A stretch of DNA of 64,000 nucleotides from a virus (lineage: Duplodnaviria > Caudoviricetes): IMG/VR virus record IMGVR_UViG_3300006143_000333, positions 32,001 through 96,000 of that record, one strand, 5' to 3'. The position numbers and the translations under genes were made by a program. Below are positions 41,549 to 52,528 of this stretch, piece after piece (the first letter of the stretch is position 1; every line of letters starts with the position of its first letter). The notes beneath the pieces were generated by a model. It was given only the letters and a program-made list of their open reading frames with translations, did not search any database and had not been told where the DNA came from.

Positions 41549-41762
41549 AGGCGCCTCCTTTTCAGGAGGAAAAATTAGCTTAATGTGTTCGTAAATATAA
41601 TTATAACACAAGTGACTAAAATAGTAAAGAAATAGCAATGAAAATTTCGATTCATTGGTAGTTTAAAAGTAGAAGTAACAATTAAGCATGTGCGAAAAGT
41701 AATCAAACAGGAGGAAATGAGGTTTCTGCGCAGAATAAATCATGATTTACTCCTAAAGTTAT

Positions 41763-42602
41763 TTGAAAGAAGAAAAGTACATAAAAAGTCCACTTAATTA
41801 TGTGGGTGGAAAGCATAAATTGTTAAAAGAAATATTACCGCTATTCCCAAAGGATATTCACACGTTTGTTGATTTATTTGGAGGCGGATTTAATGTTGGT
41901 GTGAATGTAGAAGCAGAACATATTATTTATAACGATATATGTGAACCAGTAGTAAAATTCCTAAGATGCCTATCTGGAAGCGATATTGATAAAATTCTTG
42001 CTGAAATTGATAAATACATAGAAAAATACAACCTAACAAAAGAAAATAAGGAAGGATATTTGCAACTTAGAGAAGATTATAATAAAGGAACTAAATCCGC
42101 AATGAAGTTTTATACATTGCTTTGTTATGCATTTAATAATCAAATACGTTTTAACAAAAATGGCGATTATAATATGCCATTTGGTAAAGATAGGAGTAGT
42201 TTTAATCCTGCATTAAGACAGAAATTTATTGATTTTCATAAAAGGATTAATGTAATAGACTGTGTATTTATAAATATTCCATTTGAAAGGTTTGATTTTT
42301 CGGAATTAGATAGCAAAGATTTTGTATATTGTGATCCGCCATACTTCAATAGTGTAGCAACTTATAACGAGCAGAACGGTTGGACTGAAGAACATGAAAA
42401 GAAATTGTTGTCTGTATTAGATGTGTTAAATGAAAAAGGCGTTAGATTTGCATTAAGCAATAATCTTAAATATGAAAATCCACTTTTGGATGAATGGAAA
42501 AATAAGTATAACATTCACTATTTGAATGGTAATTATAGCAATTGTAATTATCAAAAGAAAGATAAGAGTCAAGATATAGAAGTGTTAATTACGAATTATT
42601 AG
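41763..42602 (+). CDS. Dam-like (D12 class) DNA adenine methyltransferase
   Basis: YVGGK, DLFGGG, RFNKNGDYNMPFG, YCDPPY, EVLITNY. Confidence 0.92.
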   Translation: MKEEKYIKSPLNYVGGKHKLLKEILPLFPKDIHTFVDLFGGGFNVGVNVEAEHIIYNDICEPVVKFLRCLSGSDIDKILAEIDKYIEKYNLTKENKEGYLQLREDYNKGTKSAMKFYTLLCYAFNNQIRFNKNGDYNMPFGKDRSSFNPALRQKFIDFHKRINVIDCVFINIPFERFDFSELDSKDFVYCDPPYFNSVATYNEQNGWTEEHEKKLLSVLDVLNEKGVRFALSNNLKYENPLLDEWKNKYNIHYLNGNYSNCNYQKKDKSQDIEVLITNY

Positions 42603-42623
42603 TCTTAAAACATCGGTTTCAAA

Positions 42624-42772
42624 GGGAGTCATTAGTTCATAACTGATGATTTCCATTCGAGAGATAGTTGCCTTACCAATTCTAACGACTCTCTTCAAAC
42701 GGTAGGAATGGCGTTTACGACAGGTGGTAGTGAAGATCCTTCCTTGTACGAGAACAAGGGCAAACTACACTG
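42624..42772 (+). ncRNA. Candidate structured RNA with possible pseudoknot
   Basis: Three stem domains; loop CCTTACC complementary to downstream GGTAGG. Confidence 0.4.
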
Positions 42773-42797
42773 AAATATAGAAAGGATAATTTAAAAA

Positions 42798-43853
42798 ATG
42801 AATAGAGATATAGGTGCTAAATTACCACAAACAAATTGTAGAACACCAATGCAACCTGTAAAGGAATTTGGTGAAAAAATTTGTGAGAATTGTGATAAAG
42901 AAGATGTGTGTATGTATAAAGAAGAGTGCATAAAAGCTATAAAGGATATTTTGGATATCGAGAGTAGAACTAATGTGTTTATTAAAACACATATTGATTG
43001 TAAGAAGTGGAGTAAGAAGTCAAATATAAATGATATTGCTTACAGATAAAATTTTCATTTCAAAGGAAGGAGAAATATGTTTCAAAATATAGTTATTTGT
43101 GATAGATGTGGAGAAAAGGCAAATTTTTGTGGAACTTCCTATTATACAATACATATTTCTGCCCATGATATAAATCCGACTAATGACGGACGATTATATG
43201 TTGATACGGCAGTTCAGAATGTACATGAGAATATGAGTAAGATTTTTGGTAAAGAACGTCATTATTGTAAAAAGTGCAAAGAGAAAATAGAAAAATTTAT
43301 GAGCGAGGTAGATGATGACAATAGAACAGAAAATTGATTATATGATTCAGTCTTTACAGTTAGCAAAAGAAGAAATTACTTATGCAAAATGGTATACAGA
43401 AGGAAAAGAAAAAGATCGAAATTTTGATTGGTATGATCATCCTGGATATCAAAAAAGAAGTCCAAACGGAACAATAATAAGAGAATCATTAAAGATGGTA
43501 GGTAGAATGGCTAATATAATGGCAAATAGTATTTGTCTAAGCCCATATAATAAAAATTTGTATAAAGAATAAATCAACTCTTTCATTGAGAAAATAGGAG
43601 GGATGACTTGATTGTTGGAGGATATGATACCGATGATTTGACAGATAGACAAAATCATGTATTTCGTAAATTATATAACAATCCAGTAGCCAATAATAAT
43701 CTATTAGCTTTGAATTTTCTATCTTATTCTGTACGTAAAAATTTTAGATGTAGAGAATTTTATAATTATGAAGATGATTGTGATTACTTGTTAAGGATAG
43801 AAAAAGAAACATTAAGCAAATATGGAATAGATTTAAAAGAACTGTATACTTAA
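42798..43853 (+). other. Four small ORFs (42798..43049, 43077..43337, 43312..43572, 43608..43853)
   Basis: ORF track; stops at 43047 and 43570 form left arms of junction repeats. Confidence 0.6.
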
Positions 43854-43876
43854 TTAAAAGCACAAGGAGGAATCGC

Positions 43877-45164
43877 TTGAAAAGTAATATATTTATTCCC
43901 AAAACAATAAATGTAGGATATCAGAATCGTTCTGGTACATACACAGGAAAATTAGCTTATGTAATTTATTATGATGAAAAAGGAAAGCTGCGGAAAGAAG
44001 CATCTTGGAATAGCTGGCGTGATGAAAAGATTCCAAATGAAGAATTTGATAATGTGCCAACAACTGGATTTGTATTAAATAAAAAGGTTGGTGATTATTC
44101 TTCGGGCTGGGATCATAGACAAGCATATTGTAGAGTGTATGATCCACGAAACTTTGAATTTGAGATAACTATTGAAAATCTGTTGTATATTCTTGAAAAT
44201 GCAAATTCCATCAAAGGTAAAGGGCTTGAAGGAGAATTTGTTTATGGATGGGATGGTAAAGACTTGGTGTTAATGCCGGTAGAGTCTCCTGATTATAAAC
44301 AGATCACAGAATATAACAAAATTGTTCATAATAATGAGAGTATTAAAGCAAAAAGATTTGATTGTAGGAGCTACATATCTAACCAAAAACAATGAAGAAA
44401 GAATTTATTTGGGCAAATTTGATTATTACTCATATGGTTATAGGTGGTTAGAAGACGGAGAATATAAAACTAGTAAAAATTCAGATGATATACCGACAGA
44501 AAGTGGTAGTGGTTCTGGTTGGTATAGACATAAAATTTCGTATGATAGTATTGATTATTTATATGGAAAATATTTTTGGTTTGCTTATAAATATTATGAT
44601 TATGATTACGTTAATGGAGAAAAAGTTTATAGAGATAAATATGAATGGCATTTTGAGCAATATAAGAGTATATCAGCAAACAAATTTATTACTTGTGTTG
44701 ATAATAAATGCACACAGGATTATTCAGATATTTATGAGTCTATGATCCGTACCAATCATTTTTCACCTAGAGACTTTGATAATTTAAAATATATTCCATA
44801 TTCTTTTGAAGAATTTAAAGAATATGCAGAGAAAACAGAAGATAGATACAATCGAGGTATTTTTTGTAGATATAATACGAACTATTTCTCTGATAGTTAT
44901 TGTAAATATGAAATTTCCTGTGATGATGAAACAAATTTATGGACAGTTAAACAATCTTATTATGAGAATGATGATGATTTTTATGGCAGGTTTATTTTTA
45001 AAGATGAAGAGGTCAATAATTATTGGGGAAGTAGGAAAATTATAAAAAAGATTATTCCGATGACAATAGAAGAATTATATGAGAGGTTAAAACCTTGCTA
45101 TAAAGAAATTTATTTACGGAATGGTAAATTATTTGGAAGGGAGTGCTACTATGGCAACAAATAA
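43877..45164 (+). pseudogene. Phage protein split by an apparent +1 frameshift in an A-run near 44350
   Basis: 43877..44395 and 44322..45164 join as ESIKAK-DLIVGATY if one A is removed. Confidence 0.6.
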
Positions 45165-45555
45165 TGATGAAAGAGTTTTACAACTAAAACAGGTTATTGA
45201 TAAGAAGAAAACAGAACTAAAAGGATCAAAGAAGTTCACGCCACTTACAAATTGTGTCCTAGATTTAGAAGGGCAGAGATACAATTTGAATGTTCTCCAG
45301 TTTGATGATTTGCAGTTGTTGCTTGTTAGATTGAATATGTATTTAATGTCTGTTAAAGATCTGGGAATCAGTTTGGAAGTTTCGGGGTATAACATTGTAG
45401 AATGGATTACGGATATCAAATGTAAGATTGAGATTTTCGAGTATAAGAAGAAAGAAGCAGAGCTGAAGGCATTAGAAACTAAATTGGACAAGATGTTATC
45501 TGATGAAAAGAAGACTGAATTGGAACTGGATGAGATTGCTGCATTATTGAATTAG
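45151..45555 (+). CDS. Hypothetical protein coupled to the preceding gene
   Basis: ATG behind GGGAG, overlapping upstream stop. Confidence 0.7.
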   Translation: MATNNDERVLQLKQVIDKKKTELKGSKKFTPLTNCVLDLEGQRYNLNVLQFDDLQLLLVRLNMYLMSVKDLGISLEVSGYNIVEWITDIKCKIEIFEYKKKEAELKALETKLDKMLSDEKKTELELDEIAALLN

Positions 45556-45893
45556 TCTTGAAATTTTGCTTTCATTGAGTCAGGGGGAAGATGTGGAAGA
45601 ATTAGAAAAAATATTAAAACAGATGGCGAATCAACCAATACAGGTGCTTAAAGAGCCAGAAATTTATTACATAGTAAGTATCAAGGAAAGATATATTTAT
45701 GACTTACATTTAACCACAATTACTAAAGAATTTTGTGGACGAATAGAGAATCAAACAAGCACAAGCATTTATTTTAGACTTAATGGAAGTGATGCTTTAG
45801 TAATAATTCCTCATAACTGGATTGAGTGGATGGCACCAGCAAAAGAACTATGGCAAGCAATATAAAAATAAATTATAAAGGAGAAAGAAATTT

Positions 45894-46445
45894 ATGAACA
45901 AGAAAACAAATTGGAAGTTACCGTTAATCATTGGAGCAGGTATTGTTGCTGTTATTTTACTTTGTGTATTTGGTGTACAGAGTTCCCAGAACAGGGCGTT
46001 TGCTTTGGAGGAACAGGTAAACACAGCACAGTCGGATATCAAAGTTCAGGAGAAACGAAGAGTAGATTTAGTGTACAACCTTGCAGATTGTGTAAAGCAG
46101 TATGACAAACATGAGTCTGAAACTCTTACAGCCATTGCAGAGGGGCGTGGATCAGCAGGTGATATTGAAAATGTAACGACAGCTATTACAGCGGTTTCAG
46201 AAGCATATCCTGAGTTAAAGTCTAATGAAAACTATAAGCAGCTTATGAATGAACTGGCGATGACTGAAAACTTAATTGCAGAATATAGAAGTAATTATAA
46301 TAAACAGGTCAAGGAATATAACAGATATGTAAAGGCATTTCCTACTAGAGTTTTTCTAAATATTCTCGGATATGAAAAGCAGAATTATACATATTTGGAT
46401 TATGACGCACCTTCTGACGCACCACAAAATTTGTTTGGAGATTAA
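45894..46445 (+). CDS. lemA: LemA family protein
   Basis: N-terminal TM, RRVDLVYNL, EAYPELKSNENY, YNRYVKAFP. Confidence 0.9.
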   Translation: MNKKTNWKLPLIIGAGIVAVILLCVFGVQSSQNRAFALEEQVNTAQSDIKVQEKRRVDLVYNLADCVKQYDKHESETLTAIAEGRGSAGDIENVTTAITAVSEAYPELKSNENYKQLMNELAMTENLIAEYRSNYNKQVKEYNRYVKAFPTRVFLNILGYEKQNYTYLDYDAPSDAPQNLFGD

Positions 46446-46447
46446 AT

Positions 46448-47194
46448 ATGAGTAGATACAGTTATAGGAATCGTGGATTTGATTTTGGAGACTTTGAAAT
46501 CACCAAGAGAGAAATTTTAGCAAGTATTTCTATTATAGCTGTAATGTTGCTTATTGGTGTTCTGATTTCTGGCAAGATTTCAGAACACCAGCTAGATGCA
46601 AATGAAGTCTATAACAAGGCAGTGAAAATAGATAATATAGATTTGTTTCAGTATGGCATGGACACAAATGTAGGTAATGCGTTTGTATATGGTGATTTAG
46701 TGGCAGTTGACACAGTTACTTATCCTGAAATTGGCGGAGAGTATATGTATATTGAAAAAGTGAAGGAGAAATATACAAGACATACTCGAAGAGTGAAATC
46801 AGGGAAAACATATCATACACAAGTTTATTGGACGTGGGATAGAGTAGGTAGCGAAGATAGAAAGTGTCAGGAAATTTCTTTTTGTGGAATTGCTTTTAAT
46901 AGTAATAAGATTGATTTACCAAGCACAGATTATATAGACACTATCAAAGAATCAAGTCATATCAGATATAAATATTATGGTGTTGGAACAAAATATACAG
47001 GAACCATATTTACAGATTTGAGAGATCAGACTATTTCAGATAATACTCAATTTTACAATAACAAAAATATAGAAGAAACAGTTAAGCAGTTAGAATCTGG
47101 TGGTGGAGTGATTATATTCTGGATATTTTGGATTCTGTTGACTGGTGGTTGTGTGTTTGGATTTTATTATGCAGAGAATAAGTGGTTAGAGTAA
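46448..47194 (+). CDS. Two-TM membrane protein coupled to LemA
   Basis: N- and C-terminal hydrophobic helices. Confidence 0.7.
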   Translation: MSRYSYRNRGFDFGDFEITKREILASISIIAVMLLIGVLISGKISEHQLDANEVYNKAVKIDNIDLFQYGMDTNVGNAFVYGDLVAVDTVTYPEIGGEYMYIEKVKEKYTRHTRRVKSGKTYHTQVYWTWDRVGSEDRKCQEISFCGIAFNSNKIDLPSTDYIDTIKESSHIRYKYYGVGTKYTGTIFTDLRDQTISDNTQFYNNKNIEETVKQLESGGGVIIFWIFWILLTGGCVFGFYYAENKWLE

Positions 47195-47236
47195 GGACTT
47201 AAAACCAGAGTTTCAAGGGAGATGGAGGTGATATAA

Positions 47237-48031
47237 GTGCTGTTTTGGCTTCAAAAAGAGTTAAATAATAAAATTGATATTGATACTACAATCCTACAGG
47301 AAGAACTTGATAAGCAAAAAATTAATCATTTGTATGATATTGGAACCATGAAAGATTATGAGTGTATTTTGAATACAGATATGATTGAGAAAGAAAATTT
47401 GGAGAAAGTAATCCCTGTAGGTAGTCTTGATTTTGTACAAATGATTCTTTCTAGGATACATAATGTCAATAATATGAATCCAATAGAAGTTCCAGATGTT
47501 CTTAGAGAAGATAGATTCTTGAAACGTAAATATTCCATTGTGCCTAAAAATAAACTTCCAAAGGAAGGATATTATTTCACAAAATATGTTTCAAAACTGA
47601 AAGTATTTAGCCATACAGGAATGATAGAGACTCTGCAATATACAGACGATGGTAAGGAACCATTTCTGAAAGAAGGATTATATCAAGTATCAGAAGTGGT
47701 GGATATTTTATCTGAATATCGTTGCTTTGTACAGAATGATAAGTTGGTTGCTATAAATTATTATGATGGAGATTGTACTGTATTCCCAGATGTCTCAGAT
47801 ATAAAAACTATGATTGGCAATTATATGAGAGATCAAGATAGACCAAAAGCATATACAATGGATATTGCTGTAATTCGTAATAGTGGTACTGCAATTTTAG
47901 AAGTGCATCCGTGGGTAAGCGTTGGATTATATGGGTATATGTTTGGTGGTTCTCTTCCATATTACTACAAAGATGGATTTGAATATTATATCAATTCTAA
48001 TAAAGAAATAAAAGAATGGAGTAATTTTTAA
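47237..48031 (+). CDS. ATP-grasp (DUF4343/R2K-like) protein
   Basis: PVGSLDFV, SEYRCFV, YTMDIAV, ILEVH..GLYG. Confidence 0.7.
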   Translation: MLFWLQKELNNKIDIDTTILQEELDKQKINHLYDIGTMKDYECILNTDMIEKENLEKVIPVGSLDFVQMILSRIHNVNNMNPIEVPDVLREDRFLKRKYSIVPKNKLPKEGYYFTKYVSKLKVFSHTGMIETLQYTDDGKEPFLKEGLYQVSEVVDILSEYRCFVQNDKLVAINYYDGDCTVFPDVSDIKTMIGNYMRDQDRPKAYTMDIAVIRNSGTAILEVHPWVSVGLYGYMFGGSLPYYYKDGFEYYINSNKEIKEWSNF

Positions 48032-48465
48032 AGGATAGTAGAGGTGATTTTTATGAGTGAATATGTAGAATTACCAAAAGGTTATAACTTTGATACGGTA
48101 TTTGATACTTATATTTTGGCGTTTTGTCCAGATACAGATTCATGGTTCGCTACTAATCAAAGGTTTTTCTATTATGAATACCAAAAGGAATTTAAAAGCG
48201 AATCTGAAGCAATAGAGTATTTTAAAAATAATCCAAATATATTTTTAGAACAAGAAGAAAGAATGAAAGTATATCGTCCAACCTTTTATGCTGAAGGAGT
48301 ATATTTGGATAATACAAAAGAACTCATAAAAGTATCAATGAAAGGTTAATTTCATGGAATAAAAATAGAAGAAATATGATGTGATAGTTGCAAATATCAC
48401 AAATAAAATTAGGAGGAAACGAGATTTGACTGGTCGATAAATGTACATTTGCTCCTAAAAAGTAA

Positions 48466-49467
48466 TTGACAGACAATAAACATACACCAGAAGATTTAAA
48501 ACGTCTTCAATTATATGATTTGGGTAACAAGATACAAATTTCTATTGCCAGAATCATGGAATGGTATAACAGAAACGATAAAAAATGTTATGTATCGTTT
48601 TCAGGTGGAAAAGATAGTACAGTTTTAGCATGGTTAGCAGCACAAGTTTGTAAATTGTTTGATTGTAAATTAATATTATGGTTTTCTGATACTGGTCTTG
48701 AATTTCCAGAATTGAGGGAACATGTAAAAACATATTCGGAGTGGTTGAAATTAACCTTTTCGATAGAAGTTGAAACTATAATGGACACTCCCAAAGATAA
48801 AAATGGAAAGAGAATAATATTTAAAGATGTGATTTTGAATGAAGGCTATCCAATTCTCAGTAAAAATATTAGCAGACAGATAGGAGATGTTCAAAGACTT
48901 GGACAGGATTGTTGGGCTGCAAGATGTTTTGATGGTAGAGAAACTGGAATGTATGATATGAGAAGATGGAAATATGTATTGTCAGCTCCGTATAAAGTAT
49001 CAAATAAGTGTTGTGAAATAATGAAGAAAAGACCAGCACATAGATTTACAAAATTATCTGGGTTAATGCCAATTATAGGAACAATGGCTTGTGAAAGTCG
49101 GCAGAGAAAAACAGAGTGGTTACATAATGGTTGTAATGCTTTTAATAAGAAAAATCCAAGTAGTCAGCCTATGAGTTTCTGGACAGAACAGGACGTACTG
49201 GAATGTCTTGTGAAATATGAAATTCCATATTCTTCAGTTTATGGTGAAATTAAGAAAAATGAAAAAGGAGAATGGTACACGACAGGATATAACAGAACGG
49301 GTTGTATGTTTTGTGGATACGGTTGTCATTTAGAAAAAGAACCAAATAGATTTCAGATGTTAAAAAATACTCATCCTAAAGTTTGGGATTATTGTATGAA
49401 ATCAGTTGAAGATGGAGGATTGGGTATGAGAGAAGTTTTAGAGTATATAGGCGTCAAAGTAGAATAA
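48466..49467 (+). CDS. PAPS-reductase-family (PP-loop) protein
   Basis: SFSGGKDSTVL, DTGLEFPE, CCEIMKK, RTGCMFC. Confidence 0.85.
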   Translation: MTDNKHTPEDLKRLQLYDLGNKIQISIARIMEWYNRNDKKCYVSFSGGKDSTVLAWLAAQVCKLFDCKLILWFSDTGLEFPELREHVKTYSEWLKLTFSIEVETIMDTPKDKNGKRIIFKDVILNEGYPILSKNISRQIGDVQRLGQDCWAARCFDGRETGMYDMRRWKYVLSAPYKVSNKCCEIMKKRPAHRFTKLSGLMPIIGTMACESRQRKTEWLHNGCNAFNKKNPSSQPMSFWTEQDVLECLVKYEIPYSSVYGEIKKNEKGEWYTTGYNRTGCMFCGYGCHLEKEPNRFQMLKNTHPKVWDYCMKSVEDGGLGMREVLEYIGVKVE

Positions 49468-49716
49468 AATGGACTTAAAATCTTGGTTTCAAGTGGTGGG
49501 AGGGAAAGAGTATGGTAAAACATTTTTGCGATATGTGTAAAAAAGATTCAAAAACAAGTTTGGTAAATCTTCCTTCATTAGAACAACATGGAACAGATAA
49601 TGATGGATATCCAGTTTTTAAAAAGATAATAAGAGGTTTTGATATTTGTGATAATTGTTTAAATGAAATGTCAAAGAATTTTTATGAAAAATTGAAATGG
49701 TAGAGGAGGTAGGAAC

Positions 49717-50409
49717 ATTAAAAAATTAGTAGACCACATAAAAGAATCAGAACATTATATAAAAGAGTTTGCAACATGGGAAGCATCTGAGCAGATTATA
49801 GATGATAACAAATCATTTTGGATGTTAAGAAAGCCAGGAAGCCAATATCAGAAAGTTTGTCTTTATCGTGATGGTTGCAATATGTTTGTATATGGAGATT
49901 ATGGACAATTCACATTCGACAACATGACTTGGACAGGCAGTGTTTATAATCTGGAATATGATAACATCAGATATCAGATGGAGAAGTTAAACCATGAGAG
50001 CAAAGAATCTTTAAGAGTTTTTGATGAAGATAAATGCGTAAAGGATATTTATGATTGGTTAAAAGAACATCTTGAAGATTTATATGATGCTGAAGAAGAT
50101 ATTATCAAGAAGATTATCAAATTATTCAAAGAAAGTATATATGTGTATGATTCGAATATAGATGATTTTTGTTATGAAAACAATATGGAAGAATTGAAAG
50201 ATATACTTTACTTTACAAGAAACGCTTTAGAAAATGCTGATGAATATAATTGGAATGTTTTCTTGAGAAATAGTAATATAGAAGATTTTGATGATCCATG
50301 TGAGAGTTACTTATGGAATGCTGGCAAATGTATTCATCAAAGATATTTTATCTGTATGTATGCGTTGCAGGTTTGTGGTGAGAAGCTAAAAGATAGGAGT
50401 GATAAGTAA
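49717..50409 (+). CDS. Hypothetical protein, probable ATT start
   Basis: GAGGAGGT-6nt-ATT in frame with ORF 49822..50409. Confidence 0.6.
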   Translation: MKKLVDHIKESEHYIKEFATWEASEQIIDDNKSFWMLRKPGSQYQKVCLYRDGCNMFVYGDYGQFTFDNMTWTGSVYNLEYDNIRYQMEKLNHESKESLRVFDEDKCVKDIYDWLKEHLEDLYDAEEDIIKKIIKLFKESIYVYDSNIDDFCYENNMEELKDILYFTRNALENADEYNWNVFLRNSNIEDFDDPCESYLWNAGKCIHQRYFICMYALQVCGEKLKDRSDK

Positions 50410-50426
50410 TCAGTACAGTTAAGGAT

Positions 50427-51155
50427 TTGTTTTTGGTAATTGAAGAAAAAATAAAAATGGAAGAAAAAATAAAAGAGATTGTAAACAAACTGAAATTACA
50501 GGCAAAAAACTTGAAAGTCTCAGATTTAAGTGATTTCAGTTATGAGGAATGTAGAAATTTATATAAGCAGATTCAATATTATATTGATGATGAAAATTTG
50601 CGAAATCAACTATCTACAATTGTTGAGAAGAAAAAGATTGAAAAATATCCAGAATTACTGAAACCTACATATTATCCAGAAATTGATTCATTAGAGATTT
50701 CCGATTCAGAGAAGATTAGATTAGACAAAGCTGCACGATGGAATGTTAGAAATTATATGAATGAAAATAATATCAAAAAAATGACATATCCACTATCTAT
50801 TGACGATTTGGAAATGCTAAAAAGTATTGGTATTGTTGAGAAGAAATATAATTTCAGATGCGAAAGCTGTGGAAGTTCATGTGATGTGATTTCAGAAAGT
50901 GATTTGGAAAAGTATAAAAGATTTTGGGAACTTTTTGAGCTTGAAAAACAGAAGATAATTACGGATGAGCAATTAGATGAATTAGATCAGTTAGAAAAAG
51001 ATGGATTTTATGAGATTTACTTATGCTGCTTGGATGAAGACGAGTGTGATGATGCTGAAATAACAAATGAAAAAGAATTATCTGATTACATGAGAAATGT
51101 AGAAGTAGTTTATAAGGTGGTAAAGAATCCAGATTTGACTTATGAGAAATTATAG
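50427..51155 (+). CDS. Hypothetical protein with CxxC
   Basis: ORF track. Confidence 0.65.
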   Translation: MFLVIEEKIKMEEKIKEIVNKLKLQAKNLKVSDLSDFSYEECRNLYKQIQYYIDDENLRNQLSTIVEKKKIEKYPELLKPTYYPEIDSLEISDSEKIRLDKAARWNVRNYMNENNIKKMTYPLSIDDLEMLKSIGIVEKKYNFRCESCGSSCDVISESDLEKYKRFWELFELEKQKIITDEQLDELDQLEKDGFYEIYLCCLDEDECDDAEITNEKELSDYMRNVEVVYKVVKNPDLTYEKL

Positions 51156-51173
51156 AAAAGGAGAATAAAAAGT

Positions 51174-51425
51174 ATGCCAAACGAATTAAGAGATACAATT
51201 GAAATGATGAACAGTGAAAATTATAAGGAGAGATTCAAAGCTGAATATTATCAGGTGGTGATTCGCTATCAGAAATTAAAGTCAATGCTTGATAAGTGGG
51301 ATAACGATCAGCTTGAATTTACACCTACCTGTCCACGAAGTACATATAATATGCAGATTGTAGCAATGATAGATTATATTGCGGTTCTGGAGGCGAGGGC
51401 AGTTATGGAAGGTGTGGAACTATAG
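51174..51425 (+). CDS. Small phage protein (crAss001_48-like)
   Basis: ERFKAEYYQV..RYQKL..Q..AM..Y..VLEARA pattern. Confidence 0.55.
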   Translation: MPNELRDTIEMMNSENYKERFKAEYYQVVIRYQKLKSMLDKWDNDQLEFTPTCPRSTYNMQIVAMIDYIAVLEARAVMEGVEL

Positions 51426-52263
51426 AAAGTAAAATAGTTTTGGTTTATGAAGCAGACCTCATAATTAAATGAATGAAATTTAAGGCACAGTGTAGTCAGG
51501 TATTCTCCAGGGAGAAGAAATCCACGAGTTCATTCAGCCAAAACTTAATTAAAAAGGAGAACTAATATATATGGCGTTAACAAAGAAACAAGAAAAACAG
51601 TTAAATGGTGAAATCAAAAAGACTTTGGATGAAGTTAGATTTCAGGGATTAAAAGCAGGTGCTGCAGGTATTCTTGGAGCAGTTCTGGATATGTGTAACA
51701 CAGGTAAAACGGTTGATGATATTAAAAATTTCTGTGAGAAGTCTTTGGGTATGGATGGGATGAAATAAATGGAGGTATCTATTGGAGAGATATTTTAAAA
51801 TTAAATTTTTTGTAGAGTTTGGAGTACCAGTATTTTTATTTGCTTTATGTGTCTTAATAATGTTGATTTGTATAATTGTAGGAATTATAGAATCACATAA
51901 AGAGAATAAGATTAAAAGGTATATGTTAGCAAATGGATATGAACATTATCTGAGAGATGTTGCTTCTGTTGGAGGAAAATGCTGGTACGCATTTAGAAAA
52001 GATAATATTAGAATTGACGAAGAAAAATTATATAAAATGTCATTTAGGCAGGTAAAGAAAAATTACAAGTGAGGTATATATGAAGGTAAAATTTTTAGAT
52101 AATGTAGATATCAGTGGCAAAATCAATATTAATAAAGGTGAAACTTTTGAAGCTAGAGAAGATGGAGATTTTATCATGATTCGCATGAAAGATGATAGCA
52201 CAGTTAAAGCACCGAAATCTGAAATCGAAGGAATTTTGGAAATTGTGGAAGGAGAATAAATAA

Positions 52264-52482
52264 TTGGAGTGGATCAAATGTATTTCTGGTCAAATGCCAG
52301 AAGATGATGAAAGATATAAAGGTAAAAAAGTTATTAATGTTATTGCCACCACTAATAAAGGGGTTGTTACGAAGGTACAAAGGATTTTTAATGATTATGC
52401 TAACACTTGGTATTGGGGAAGGATATGTGGAGGTATGAGGGCATGGATGCCGTTGCCTGAGCCATACAAAGAGAAGCATTGA
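52264..52482 (+). CDS. DUF551-like phage protein
   Basis: MEWIKC..MPE, AWMPLPEPY. Confidence 0.7.
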   Translation: MEWIKCISGQMPEDDERYKGKKVINVIATTNKGVVTKVQRIFNDYANTWYWGRICGGMRAWMPLPEPYKEKH

Positions 52483-52528
52483 AAGCACGATTTCAAGGTT
52501 GTTTAAATAGAAACGGAGGTAAGCTTAT

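Noticed and set aside
42643-42690. Hammerhead ribozyme (CTGATGA present)
   Set aside because: No correctly placed GAAA and UH; CTGATGA lies within a simple hairpin
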